Source: Terriglobales bacterium (lineage in GTDB: Bacteria > Acidobacteriota > Terriglobia > Terriglobales > Acidobacteriaceae). Taken from it: 64,000 nt of DNA. The stretch is taken from positions 15,991 through 79,990 of the forward strand of contig DATIBR010000030.1 in the NCBI GenBank assembly GCA_035457425.1. Reading direction: 5' to 3'. Made by a program: the position numbers and the translations under genes. Below are positions 27,491 to 35,861 of this stretch, piece after piece. Under the pieces are notes generated by a model. The model saw only the letters and a list, made by a program, of their open reading frames with translations. It did not search any database and was not told the DNA's origin. The stretch's first letter is position 1, and each line of letters starts with the position of its first letter.

Positions 27491-27573
27491 TTGCCTAACT
27501 AGTATACGGCGAGGCCCCCACCCCCCTTGCTTCCGGGCCTCTTGCTTTGTTTGCAAGGGGATGGCGGAAAAAC

Positions 27574-27627
27574 TACCGTGGTTTCTACCGTGGTTTACCG
27601 TGGTTGTACCGTGGTTGGAACACGGTA
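27574..27627. repeat. Four phased direct repeats of TACCGTGGTT plus one inverted half copy
   Basis: Units start at 27574, 27586, 27596 and 27607 (spacing 12, 10, 11 nt). CACGGTA at 27621-27627 is the reverse complement of TACCGTG. Confidence 0.8.
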
Positions 27628-27739
27628 AGCGAAGGTTGGGAGGCGCGGAGGGAGAGCGCGGAGAGTTTATAAAGTTGTCAATGAGCTAAACTTGGTAGAT
27701 ACATTATATCGCGAGTGTCAACTGCCCTGCCGGCGCTCC

Positions 27740-28570
27740 TTATCTCCCGGCGCTGGGTTCGTGGGACCAGCCGGGGCGGCCGAAGATGTAGCGCAGCTTG
27801 TTGGCGAGGCCGGGAGCGCGGCGGACGTCGCGCGCGATGTCGAGCCACTCGTGGAAGGCGATGCGGACGGGGTTGTAGCTATGGATGTTCTTCGTGAGGC
27901 CGAAGTGGACGCGCTCGCGCTCCGGTTCAAAGCTGCCGAAGAGCCGGTCCCAGAGGATGAGCGTGCCGCCGTGGTTGCGGTCGATGTACTGCGGGTTGGA
28001 GCCGTGATGGACGCGATGGTGCGAGGGGGTGTTGAGGACGGCCTCGAGGGGGCCGAGCGAGCGGACCATCTCGGTGTGGATCCAGAACTGGTAGAGCAGA
28101 TTGAGCGCCTGCGCGGTCATGATCATGACCGGGGTGAAGCCGGCAAGCGGCATCCAGAGCCAGAAGAGGAAGCCCATGAAGCTGCCGGTCCAGGTCTGGC
28201 GGAGCGCGGTGGAGAGGTTGTACTTCTGGGAGGAGTGATGCACGACGTGCGAGGCCCAGAAGAGGCGGCACTCGTGGCTGGTGCGGTGGAACCAGTAGTA
28301 GCTGAACTCGTCGGCGAAGAACAACAGCAGCCAGGTCCACCAGACGGTCGGCAGGGTGAACAGGCGGAACTGGTAGAGCCAGGCGTAGATGCCGAACTGA
28401 AGGCCCTTGGCGACGAGGTTGACGAGCACGTTGCCGATGCCCATGGTGAGCGAGGCGAAGGTGTCGCGGCGCTCGTAGAAGCCGGTGCGCATGCGCGCGT
28501 CGGCGATGGCTTCCAGCGCGAGCAGCAGCAGGAAGGCCGGGATCGCCAGGTGGATGAGGTTCGGGGGCAT
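27740..28570 (-). CDS. Fatty acid hydroxylase/sterol desaturase superfamily membrane protein
   Basis: His boxes HRTSH, HVVHH and HHRVHH, with 4 or more helices. Confidence 0.85.
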   Translation of the reverse strand: MPPNLIHLAIPAFLLLLALEAIADARMRTGFYERRDTFASLTMGIGNVLVNLVAKGLQFGIYAWLYQFRLFTLPTVWWTWLLLFFADEFSYYWFHRTSHECRLFWASHVVHHSSQKYNLSTALRQTWTGSFMGFLFWLWMPLAGFTPVMIMTAQALNLLYQFWIHTEMVRSLGPLEAVLNTPSHHRVHHGSNPQYIDRNHGGTLILWDRLFGSFEPERERVHFGLTKNIHSYNPVRIAFHEWLDIARDVRRAPGLANKLRYIFGRPGWSHEPSAGR

Positions 28571-28619
28571 CGAGTGGATTTTACGGGGAAAGGTTAGCTG
28601 CTAAACTGGAATGCAGCGA

Positions 28620-28694
28620 GCGGGAGTAGTTCAGCGGTAGAACGCCAGCTTCCCAAGCTGGATGTCGCGGGTTCGATCCCCGTCTCCCGCTCCA
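28620..28694 (+). tRNA. tRNA-Gly (anticodon CCC)
   Basis: Manual cloverleaf: GCGGGAG acceptor, CCAGC-TTCCCAA-GCTGG anticodon arm, GCGGG-TTCGATC-CCCGT T arm, encoded CCA. 75 nt. Confidence 0.9.
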
Positions 28695-28919
28695 AGTCTT
28701 ATTCCCTGGCGTCTCTCCGGGACTGATCGTCTTTTGAGCTACAGCCAGCGCTCAAGCGCTGGGCTATGACCTACCGCGCCTCCGGCGCGCACATCCGGCA
28801 GGCCGCTTCCAGCAGCGCGAACGAGCGCGCTACGCCGGCGTTACCAGCGCCGCGGCGAGCCGAGGGCGGCCAGCCTGAATCCCTCGCATCCCCAACCAGA
28901 TACGGCCGTCACGCGGAAA

Positions 28920-28935
28920 TGTGACCGGTGTCACA
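28920..28935 (+). promoter_or_regulatory. Crp/Fnr-family binding-site candidate upstream of hemerythrin-PFOR
   Basis: TGTGAC-CGGT-GTCACA fits TGTGA-N6-TCACA. TACTAT at 28957-28962 places the box centre at about -41.5. Confidence 0.55.
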
Positions 28936-29001
28936 GGCGGCGTCGACAGGCAGACCTACTATCCGGACAGCAGCAGCAGGCGCAGTAGATGGGAGGACGC
29001 G

Positions 29002-29490
29002 ATGGCATCGGCAGCGATCCTGGAACACGCGAAGGAGATCCGGCAGGAGCACGACCACCTGCTAGGCGAGCTGGAGAAGCTGGATACAGCGTTGGGGCGC
29101 GTCCAGTGTTACAGCGAGGTGTACGCGAACCTGGAAGGCACGGGGGAAGCGAGTGAGATCGCGACCCGGCTGCTGGAGACGGTGATGCGGCACTTCGAGC
29201 ACGAGGAGCGGACGATCCTGCCGGCGCTGAGCCGGCACTATCCGGCGTTCGTGCGCGAGATGCAGCGGCAGCACGACGGAATCCGGCGGCTGCTGCAGCA
29301 CTTCACCACCGACCTGTTGTACCTCGGGCAGGCCGAGGATGTGGACGAGGCGGTGAAGAACCTGAAGGACGAGGGCGAAGACCTCGCGCGGAAGATGGTG
29401 GCGCACATGGAAGCGGAAGAGCGCCGCTATTACCTGCTCAACGAGAATCCGGAAGCGGACTGGGGGAAATGTGAGCGTCTCAACGTTTGA
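29002..29490 (+). CDS. Hemerythrin (HHE cation-binding) domain protein
   Basis: His/Glu ligand pattern (EHDHLLGE, HFEHEE, QHDGIRR, HMEAEE). GGGAGGA RBS before MASAAILEH. Confidence 0.8.
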   Translation: MASAAILEHAKEIRQEHDHLLGELEKLDTALGRVQCYSEVYANLEGTGEASEIATRLLETVMRHFEHEERTILPALSRHYPAFVREMQRQHDGIRRLLQHFTTDLLYLGQAEDVDEAVKNLKDEGEDLARKMVAHMEAEERRYYLLNENPEADWGKCERLNV

Positions 29491-32400
29491 TCGGGCAAAC
29501 GTAGAAGAAAAGATCAAGGCGGAGAAGCCGAAGTACACGGGCATCCGCAGCACCGTCGACGGATCGGGCGCGGTGGTGTGGGTGGAATCGCACATTTCGC
29601 AGGGGGCGTGCGCGTATCCCATCACGCCTTCGACGCCGATGGGCGACGGGTTCGCCGCGGAGTGGTCGAACGGCAAGAAGAACGTGTGGGGCGAGACGAT
29701 CCAGTTCCTGGAGCCGGAATCGGAGCACAGCTCGGCCTCGGCGTGCGAAGGCTACGCGCTGGCGGGCGGGCGAGTGACGAACTTCACCTCGGGCCAGGGC
29801 CTCATCCTGATGAAGGAAGTGCTGTACGTGATCAGCGGCAAGCGGCTGCCGATCGTGTTCCACATCGGAGCGCGGGCGCTGACCTCGCACTCGCTGAACG
29901 TGCACTGCGGCCACGACGACGTGATGGGCGTGGCGGACGTAGGGTGGGGGACGCTGTGGGCGCGCAACGCGCAGGAGTGCGCGGACCTGACGCTGATCGC
30001 GCGGCGCGCGGCGGAGGCGAGCGAGACGCCGTACTTCGTCTCGCAAGACGGCTTCCTGACGACGCACACGCTGGAGACGATCCAGCTGCCGGAGCCGGAG
30101 CTGATGAAGGAGTTCGTGGGACGCCCGCAGGACAAGCTGCGGAAGCTGTTCGATCCGGCGGCGCCGGGAGTAAGCGGCTGCGTGCAGAACCAGGACAGCT
30201 ACATGAAGGGCAAGATCGGCCAGCGCTATTTCTACGCGCAGGTGCAGCCGGACCTGGAGCAGGCGATGGAGGAATTCGGCCGCCTGACGGGCCGGCGTTA
30301 CGGGCTGATCAAGCCGTACAAGATGCAGAAGGCGGAATACGCGTTCGTGGGCATGGGCTCGATGATGGAGACGTGCGAAGCCGCGGTGGACTACCTGCGG
30401 GCGCGCGGACACAACGTGGGGTGCGTGAGCATCACCAGCTTCCGCCCCTTCCCTTCTCGCGAGCTGGCGGAGGCGCTGCGCGACTGCCGCGCGGTCTCGG
30501 TGATCGAGCGCGCGGACGTTCCGCTGGCGCAGTCGAACCCGCTGTCGACGGAAGTCAAGGCAGCGCTGGCGGACGCGCAGACGGGACTCGAGGGTCCGGC
30601 GCAGGAGTGGATCCCGGCGGTGTACTCGGGCGTGGCGGGACTGGGGGGGCGCGACCTGCGCGCCGGCCACTTCGTGGCTGCCCTGGAGAACATGGAGCAG
30701 CTCTATCCGAAGAAGAACTTCGTGCTGGGCGTGAAGCATCCGGACGCGGTCGAGGCGAAGACGGATCCGGACGTGCGGCCGGCGGGGGCGTTCTCGCTGC
30801 GCGGGCACTCGATCGGCGGATTCGGCTCGGTCACGACGAACAAGGTGATCGCGTCAGTGGCATCGGAGCTGTTCGGGCTGTACGCGCAGGCCTTCCCGAA
30901 ATATGGCTCGGAGAAGAAGGGCCTGCCGACCAACTACTACCTGACGCTGGCGCCGGAGCAGGTGCGGCTGCACTGCGAGCTGAACCAAGTGGAGTTTGTG
31001 GCCATCCAGGATGAGAACGCCTTTCTGTCCGGCGATCCCCTGCAGGGCCTGTCCGAGGGCGGGATCGTCTACTGGCAATCGCCGCTCCCGCCCTCACAAA
31101 TCTGGGAGAGCCTGCCGGCGAAGACGCGGCGCACGCTGGCGGAGCGGAAGCAGCGGCTGTTCGCGCTGGACGCGAAGAAGATCGCGCGGGAGAGCTCGAG
31201 CCGCGCCGACCTGCAGGTGAGGATGCAAGGCATCGTGCTGCTGGGGGCGTTCCTGCGGCTGGCGCCGTTCGCGGAACAGGCGGGGCTGGACGAGAGCACG
31301 CTGTTCGCCTCGCTGGAAAAGACGCTGACCAAGTACTTCGGCAAGCGCGGCGGACGCGTGGTGGCCGACAACCTGGAAGCCGCCCGCCGTGGGTATCGCG
31401 AAGTCGCGGAAGTGGCGCACGGGGCCGTGCCCGCGGCGGAACCCTTGAACGTGGTCAACGGCAACGGCCACCGGGAGCTGGCCGGCAATTCGTGCGTCAT
31501 CCCGCCGGACTTCTGCGAGAACATCATCGGGGGATACGCGCGCGGCCGCGAGGCAGCGCTGGAAGCCGACGAATTCGTGGGACGCAGCCTGATCCCGGCC
31601 TCGACCGGGCGGGAGCGCAGCTTCCGCACCCTGGCGCCGGACATTCCCGCGTTCCTGGCGAGCGCGTGCGTGGGCTGCATGGAGTGCGTGAACGTCTGCC
31701 CGGATACGGCGATCCTCGGCAAGGTGGTGGAGAAGACGCGTTACGACGGCGGCATCGCGACCGACGGCGTGCTCTCGAAAGCCTTCTGCCAGACGAGCAA
31801 GTACTACGAGATCCCGCAGCGCAAGGGCGAAGAGCCGGGGATGTTCGGCATCTTCGTGGACCCGGACAAGTGCAAGGGCTGCGGCGAGTGCGTGACGGCG
31901 TGCGGCAAGCACGACGCGCTGAAGATGGTGAGCAAGGCGGCGATCAGCCTGGCGGAGTACGACGCGACGATGGAGCTGTACCGCGCGCTGCCGGACACGC
32001 CGAAGCGCTACCTGAACGAGAAGGCGCTGGGCGACATGATGCTGGGAGCGGACTCGCAGCTGTTCGCGGGCGGCGCCGGGTCGTGCATGGGATGCGGCGA
32101 AGCGACGGCGATCCGGCTGATGCTGGCGGCGACCGGCATGGTGTACGGGGCGGACAAGATCGGCATCGTGGCGGCGACGGGGTGCAACACGGTCTACGGC
32201 TCGACGTATCCGTTCAACCCGTACGCGGTGCCGTGGACGAATTCCCTGTTCGAGAACGCGCCAGCGGATGCGATGGGCATCCGGCTGCGCTGGGACCAGG
32301 AAGGCCACACCGACCGCAAGCTGTGGGTGCTGGGCGGGGACGGCGCGATGTACGACATCGGGTTCCAGTCGCTGTCGCGCATGGTGACTTCTGGCATGGA

Positions 32401-33010
32401 CATCAAGGTCCTGGTGCTGGACACGCAGGTGTACTCGAACACCGGCGGCCAGACCTCGACGGCGACTTTCACTTCACAAGATTCCAAGATGGCTGCGGTG
32501 GGAACTGCGCTGCCAGGCAAGCGAGAGCATCGGAAAGAGCTGGGGAGAATCCTGCTGATGCATCCGAATGTCTTCGTAGCGCAGACCACCGCGGCCCACC
32601 TCAACCATTTCTACAAGACGATCATGGCGGCCAACGAGTACCCGGGCCCGGCCGTGGTGATCGTGTACTCGACTTGCCAGCCTGAGCACGGCGTGCCCGA
32701 CGATGCGTCGATCACTCAGGCGAAGCTGGCGGTCGAGTCGCGCGCATTCCCGCTGCTCGTGTTCGATCCGAGAAAGGGTGAACGGCTGCGCGATTGCCTC
32801 AGCCTGCAAGGCAATCCCGCGATGAAGGAGGACTGGTACGTGGATCCCCGAACCACGGAGCCGGTCGACTTCATCACCTTCGCAAAGAGCGAAGGCCGGT
32901 TCGCCCGCCACTTCTCGGCGGACGGCGTCCCCGACGAGCACCTGAAGGCAGCGCGACTCGACCGCTTGGAGAACTGGCGACGCTTGCAAGAGCTCGCCGG
33001 TCTGCGGTAA
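29471..33010 (+). CDS. nifJ: Pyruvate:ferredoxin (flavodoxin) oxidoreductase, single-polypeptide type
   Basis: 1179 aa. AYPITPSTPMG, two 4Fe-4S ferredoxin motifs (CVGCMECVNVCP, CKGCGECVTACG), TPP motif GGDGAMYDIGFQSL and VYSNTGGQ. GTG start after GGGGGAAA overlaps the hemerythrin gene by 20 nt. Confidence 0.95.
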   Translation: MSVSTFDRANVEEKIKAEKPKYTGIRSTVDGSGAVVWVESHISQGACAYPITPSTPMGDGFAAEWSNGKKNVWGETIQFLEPESEHSSASACEGYALAGGRVTNFTSGQGLILMKEVLYVISGKRLPIVFHIGARALTSHSLNVHCGHDDVMGVADVGWGTLWARNAQECADLTLIARRAAEASETPYFVSQDGFLTTHTLETIQLPEPELMKEFVGRPQDKLRKLFDPAAPGVSGCVQNQDSYMKGKIGQRYFYAQVQPDLEQAMEEFGRLTGRRYGLIKPYKMQKAEYAFVGMGSMMETCEAAVDYLRARGHNVGCVSITSFRPFPSRELAEALRDCRAVSVIERADVPLAQSNPLSTEVKAALADAQTGLEGPAQEWIPAVYSGVAGLGGRDLRAGHFVAALENMEQLYPKKNFVLGVKHPDAVEAKTDPDVRPAGAFSLRGHSIGGFGSVTTNKVIASVASELFGLYAQAFPKYGSEKKGLPTNYYLTLAPEQVRLHCELNQVEFVAIQDENAFLSGDPLQGLSEGGIVYWQSPLPPSQIWESLPAKTRRTLAERKQRLFALDAKKIARESSSRADLQVRMQGIVLLGAFLRLAPFAEQAGLDESTLFASLEKTLTKYFGKRGGRVVADNLEAARRGYREVAEVAHGAVPAAEPLNVVNGNGHRELAGNSCVIPPDFCENIIGGYARGREAALEADEFVGRSLIPASTGRERSFRTLAPDIPAFLASACVGCMECVNVCPDTAILGKVVEKTRYDGGIATDGVLSKAFCQTSKYYEIPQRKGEEPGMFGIFVDPDKCKGCGECVTACGKHDALKMVSKAAISLAEYDATMELYRALPDTPKRYLNEKALGDMMLGADSQLFAGGAGSCMGCGEATAIRLMLAATGMVYGADKIGIVAATGCNTVYGSTYPFNPYAVPWTNSLFENAPADAMGIRLRWDQEGHTDRKLWVLGGDGAMYDIGFQSLSRMVTSGMDIKVLVLDTQVYSNTGGQTSTATFTSQDSKMAAVGTALPGKREHRKELGRILLMHPNVFVAQTTAAHLNHFYKTIMAANEYPGPAVVIVYSTCQPEHGVPDDASITQAKLAVESRAFPLLVFDPRKGERLRDCLSLQGNPAMKEDWYVDPRTTEPVDFITFAKSEGRFARHFSADGVPDEHLKAARLDRLENWRRLQELAGLR

Positions 33011-33035
33011 GGGCCCTGCTCTATTCCTCCAAGAG

Positions 33036-33068
33036 AACGGGGCGCCCTTAGCCCAAGGGCGCCCCGTT
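33036..33068. terminator. Bidirectional GC-rich hairpin between convergent genes
   Basis: AACGGGGCGCCCTT-AGCCC-AAGGGCGCCCCGTT, a perfect 14-bp stem with a weak T tract. Confidence 0.6.
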
Positions 33069-33084
33069 CGACGTTCGCGAGAGA

Positions 33085-33639
33085 CTACTCGGAACTTTCC
33101 TTCAGCGACTTCAGGTTCACGTGGCCGACGGACTGGGCGATGCTGGACGCGCCGGTCGGGATCCTGGAGCCGTGCGGCCAGAGGTCGAAGATGAGGCCGT
33201 CGGTGTGGGAGACGGTCTCGGCGATCTTGGCGCCCTCCTCAGGCGTGACGTCGAGGACCTGGACGCGCTTGGTGGCGATCTCCTGCTTGTGGTCGTGCCA
33301 ATCGCGGTTCCACTGCTTGAGCGTGAGGACGTCGCCCTTGCGGGTGATGCTCTTGGCGACGATGTACTCGATCTGGGTGAGGGGCGCGTTGGCGTCGGTG
33401 GAGTTGTAGATCTGGCACTGGATGATGGGCTCGGGCGAGATGATCTTGCAGTAGTGATGGAAGGGGCCCATCACCTTGCCCTTCACGACGTGGGGAGCGA
33501 GGACGTGGACGGTGTAGCCGTCGGTGGGACGGCTGGTGGCGGCCATGGACGTTTCGCCCTGTGGCTGGAAAGGCTGCGCGCTGACGCCGTAGACCACAAG
33601 GAGCGCAGCGAGCGCGAGGCCCAAAAGCTTGAGTCGCAT
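33085..33639 (-). CDS. Secreted DUF1264-like protein
   Basis: Signal peptide MRLKLLGLALAALLVVYGVSAQP. HHYCK and DWHDH motifs recalled as DUF1264-like; this is a family call from memory. Confidence 0.55.
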   Translation of the reverse strand: MRLKLLGLALAALLVVYGVSAQPFQPQGETSMAATSRPTDGYTVHVLAPHVVKGKVMGPFHHYCKIISPEPIIQCQIYNSTDANAPLTQIEYIVAKSITRKGDVLTLKQWNRDWHDHKQEIATKRVQVLDVTPEEGAKIAETVSHTDGLIFDLWPHGSRIPTGASSIAQSVGHVNLKSLKESSE

Positions 33640-33752
33640 TGGGAGAATCCTCCGGGGTGAGATGACGGGCGTCTAGCTTACGCGCCGGAGGAGCGTAGTC
33701 AAGGGCGGTCTCCCCGGAGTGTAGCGATGGGAGCCCGCGGAGGCGTGTTGCG

Positions 33753-34139
33753 TCAGGCGATGGTGTTCTGCAACTGCTCCAGGTTGGCGATCACCTTGCG
33801 AAGCCAATCGGCGACCGCTTCCTGAGTGCGGAGGTCGTCGCCCTTCTCGGCGAGCTTCGCGATGGTGTCGCCCCTGGCGTTGAGCGGGATGTGATGGCAC
33901 GGGCGCTCCTCGCCCATCTTCTCAGCCGGCACCATGCGGGTGAGCAGGCACTGGTCGCATTCGTGGACCCGCTGCGGCTCCCCGAAGTTCAAGCACGTCG
34001 GCGAATCCTGGAAAACGATGGTCGGGTCGTGGGGCTTGTGCACCGAGCGTCCGTAACCGCCCTGCTCGACAAACAACAGCTCCTGCTTGAGCAGCTCGAT
34101 GAGCTCGCGTCCGTAGGGGTCCTGGCTAGGTGTTCTCAT
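33753..34139 (-). CDS. Hypothetical 128-aa Cys/His-containing protein
   Basis: AAGGAGG RBS. Cys at PTCLNF, HECDQC and RPCHH. No recognisable family. Confidence 0.6.
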   Translation of the reverse strand: MRTPSQDPYGRELIELLKQELLFVEQGGYGRSVHKPHDPTIVFQDSPTCLNFGEPQRVHECDQCLLTRMVPAEKMGEERPCHHIPLNARGDTIAKLAEKGDDLRTQEAVADWLRKVIANLEQLQNTIA

Positions 34140-34188
34140 GGCGTCCCCCTCCTTGCAGGTGATTGTCGGACTAAGGGCCCGGGGCGGC

Positions 34189-34204
34189 TGTGACGGGAGT
34201 CACA
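34189..34204. promoter_or_regulatory. Second Crp/Fnr-family binding-site candidate in a divergent intergenic region
   Basis: TGTGAC-GGGA-GTCACA. On the minus strand, GACAAT at 34167-34162 has the same 29.5-nt offset as at the hemerythrin promoter. Confidence 0.55.
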
Positions 34205-34205
34205 A

Positions 34206-35861
34206 TTGGCGGTGCGGGGGTCACAGGAGGAGGTTTGGGGAGGTGGCTATAATCGTCCTATCTTGAAGGGATTCCAGCGAATCGCGGTGGTGATGGCGCT
34301 GCTGTGCTCCGCCGTGGCGGGGGCGCAGGAGCTGGCCGGCGGCCAGACGGTCGTGGTCCTGCCGTTCGAGAACTCGTCGAAGGCGCCGGGGCTGGAGTGG
34401 ATCGGGGAGTCGTTCCCGGAGATCGTGGGGTCGCGGCTCGCCGCCGGAGGGACGCTGTACGTGGTCTCGCGCGACGTGCGGCGGTACGCCTTCGACCGGT
34501 TGGGGATCCCGAGCGGGGCGCGGCCGTCGTTGGCGACGCTCATCAAGCTGGGCGAGTCGATGGACGCGGACTACCTGGTGGTGGGGCGGTACACCTACGA
34601 CGGGCAGACGTTCAGCGCGAGCGCGCAACTGCTCGACCTGCGCAAGCTGCGGCTCACTCCGGAGATGCGCGCGGCCGGGCCGCTGCCGCAGCTGCTCGAC
34701 CTGGAGCTGGCGCTCACCTGGGACCTGCTGCGGAAGATGAACCCGAACCAGATCATGTCGCGCAACGAGTTCGTGGCGGCGGGTCCGACAGTGCGGCTGG
34801 ACGCGCTGGAGAAGTACATCCGCGGAGTGATGGCGAGCGACCGGGCGGAGCGGCTGCAGCTGCTGAAAGATGCGGTGCGCATCAACGCCGGCTACACGCC
34901 GGCGATCCTGCAACTGGCCAAGACGTATTACGCGGGGCGGGACTATGCGCAAGCGGCGACGTGGTTCGCGCGCGTCCCGCAGAAGGAGCCGGCGGCGCGC
35001 GAGGCGCAGTTCTACCTGGGGATGTCGTCGTACTACACGGGCGACTACGGGCGGGCGCAGGCGGCGTTCGAGTTCGTGGCGACGCGGCTGCCGCTGACGG
35101 AGGTCTACAACAACCTGGGAGTCGTGGCGGGGCGACGGGGCTCGAAGGCCGCGGTCGAGTACTTCCAGCGCGCGGTGCGGACCGACCCCAGCGATCCGGA
35201 CTATCACTTCAACCTGGCGGTGGCGCTCTACAAGGCGGGCGACGCCGCGGGCGCGGCCAAGCAGCTGCGCGAGATGCTGGCGCTGCGCTCGGACGCGGAA
35301 GCGAAGGCGTTCCTGGAGCAGGCGAATGCCGGGCCGCCGCCGACGGTGAAGGGTCAGGCGCCGGTCAAGGTGCCGCTGGAGCGCGTCAAGCCGAACTACG
35401 ACGAGAGCTCGTTCCGGCAGCTGGCGATGGAGATCGAGAGCTTTAACGAGCAGCGCATGGCGGAGGCGGAGCCGAAGGTGCATGCCGCGTTCCACGTGCA
35501 GCACGGCAGAGAGATGCTGGCGCAGGAACTGCTGGTGGTGGCAGAACGCGACTTCCGCGAGGCGCTGGTGCTCGATCCGACGAATGCGGGAGCGCACGCG
35601 GGGCTGGCGCGCTTCCTGGAGCTGACGAGCGACCCGAAGGCGGCGCGCAGCGAAGCGCAGGCTGCGCTGAAGCTAGGGCCCAACGCCGACGCATTTCTAG
35701 TACTGGCGCGACTCGATCTGGACGAGAATAAGCCGGAGGCCGCGAGCGCCAGCGTAGAGCAGGCCCTGAAGCTCGAGCCGGCGAACGCGGCGGCCCAGAC
35801 GCTGAAAAGCGCGATTGCAGCCAAGCTTGCGGAGAAGGGGCAGCCGCTGCGCAACCCATGA
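34206..35861 (+). CDS. Secreted tetratricopeptide-repeat protein
   Basis: Multiple TPR units (for example AQFYLGMSSYYTGDYGRAQAAFE, YHFNLAVALYKAGDAAGA). The true start is probably downstream (TTG 34263 or ATG 34293), giving a signal peptide. The stop overlaps the nfeD ATG. Confidence 0.8.
   Translation: MAVRGSQEEVWGGGYNRPILKGFQRIAVVMALLCSAVAGAQELAGGQTVVVLPFENSSKAPGLEWIGESFPEIVGSRLAAGGTLYVVSRDVRRYAFDRLGIPSGARPSLATLIKLGESMDADYLVVGRYTYDGQTFSASAQLLDLRKLRLTPEMRAAGPLPQLLDLELALTWDLLRKMNPNQIMSRNEFVAAGPTVRLDALEKYIRGVMASDRAERLQLLKDAVRINAGYTPAILQLAKTYYAGRDYAQAATWFARVPQKEPAAREAQFYLGMSSYYTGDYGRAQAAFEFVATRLPLTEVYNNLGVVAGRRGSKAAVEYFQRAVRTDPSDPDYHFNLAVALYKAGDAAGAAKQLREMLALRSDAEAKAFLEQANAGPPPTVKGQAPVKVPLERVKPNYDESSFRQLAMEIESFNEQRMAEAEPKVHAAFHVQHGREMLAQELLVVAERDFREALVLDPTNAGAHAGLARFLELTSDPKAARSEAQAALKLGPNADAFLVLARLDLDENKPEAASASVEQALKLEPANAAAQTLKSAIAAKLAEKGQPLRNP

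Noticed and set aside
27574-27627. The TACCGTGGTT repeat array as a CRISPR array.
   Set aside because: The units are 10 nt long with spacers of only 0-2 nt and there are just four copies. This is not CRISPR-like, and it is reported instead as a regulatory repeat.
28857-28880. A third copy of the REP-like hairpin element.
   Set aside because: Only a 13-nt core (GCCGAGGGCGGCC) matches and the hairpin arms are not preserved. This is too weak to call.
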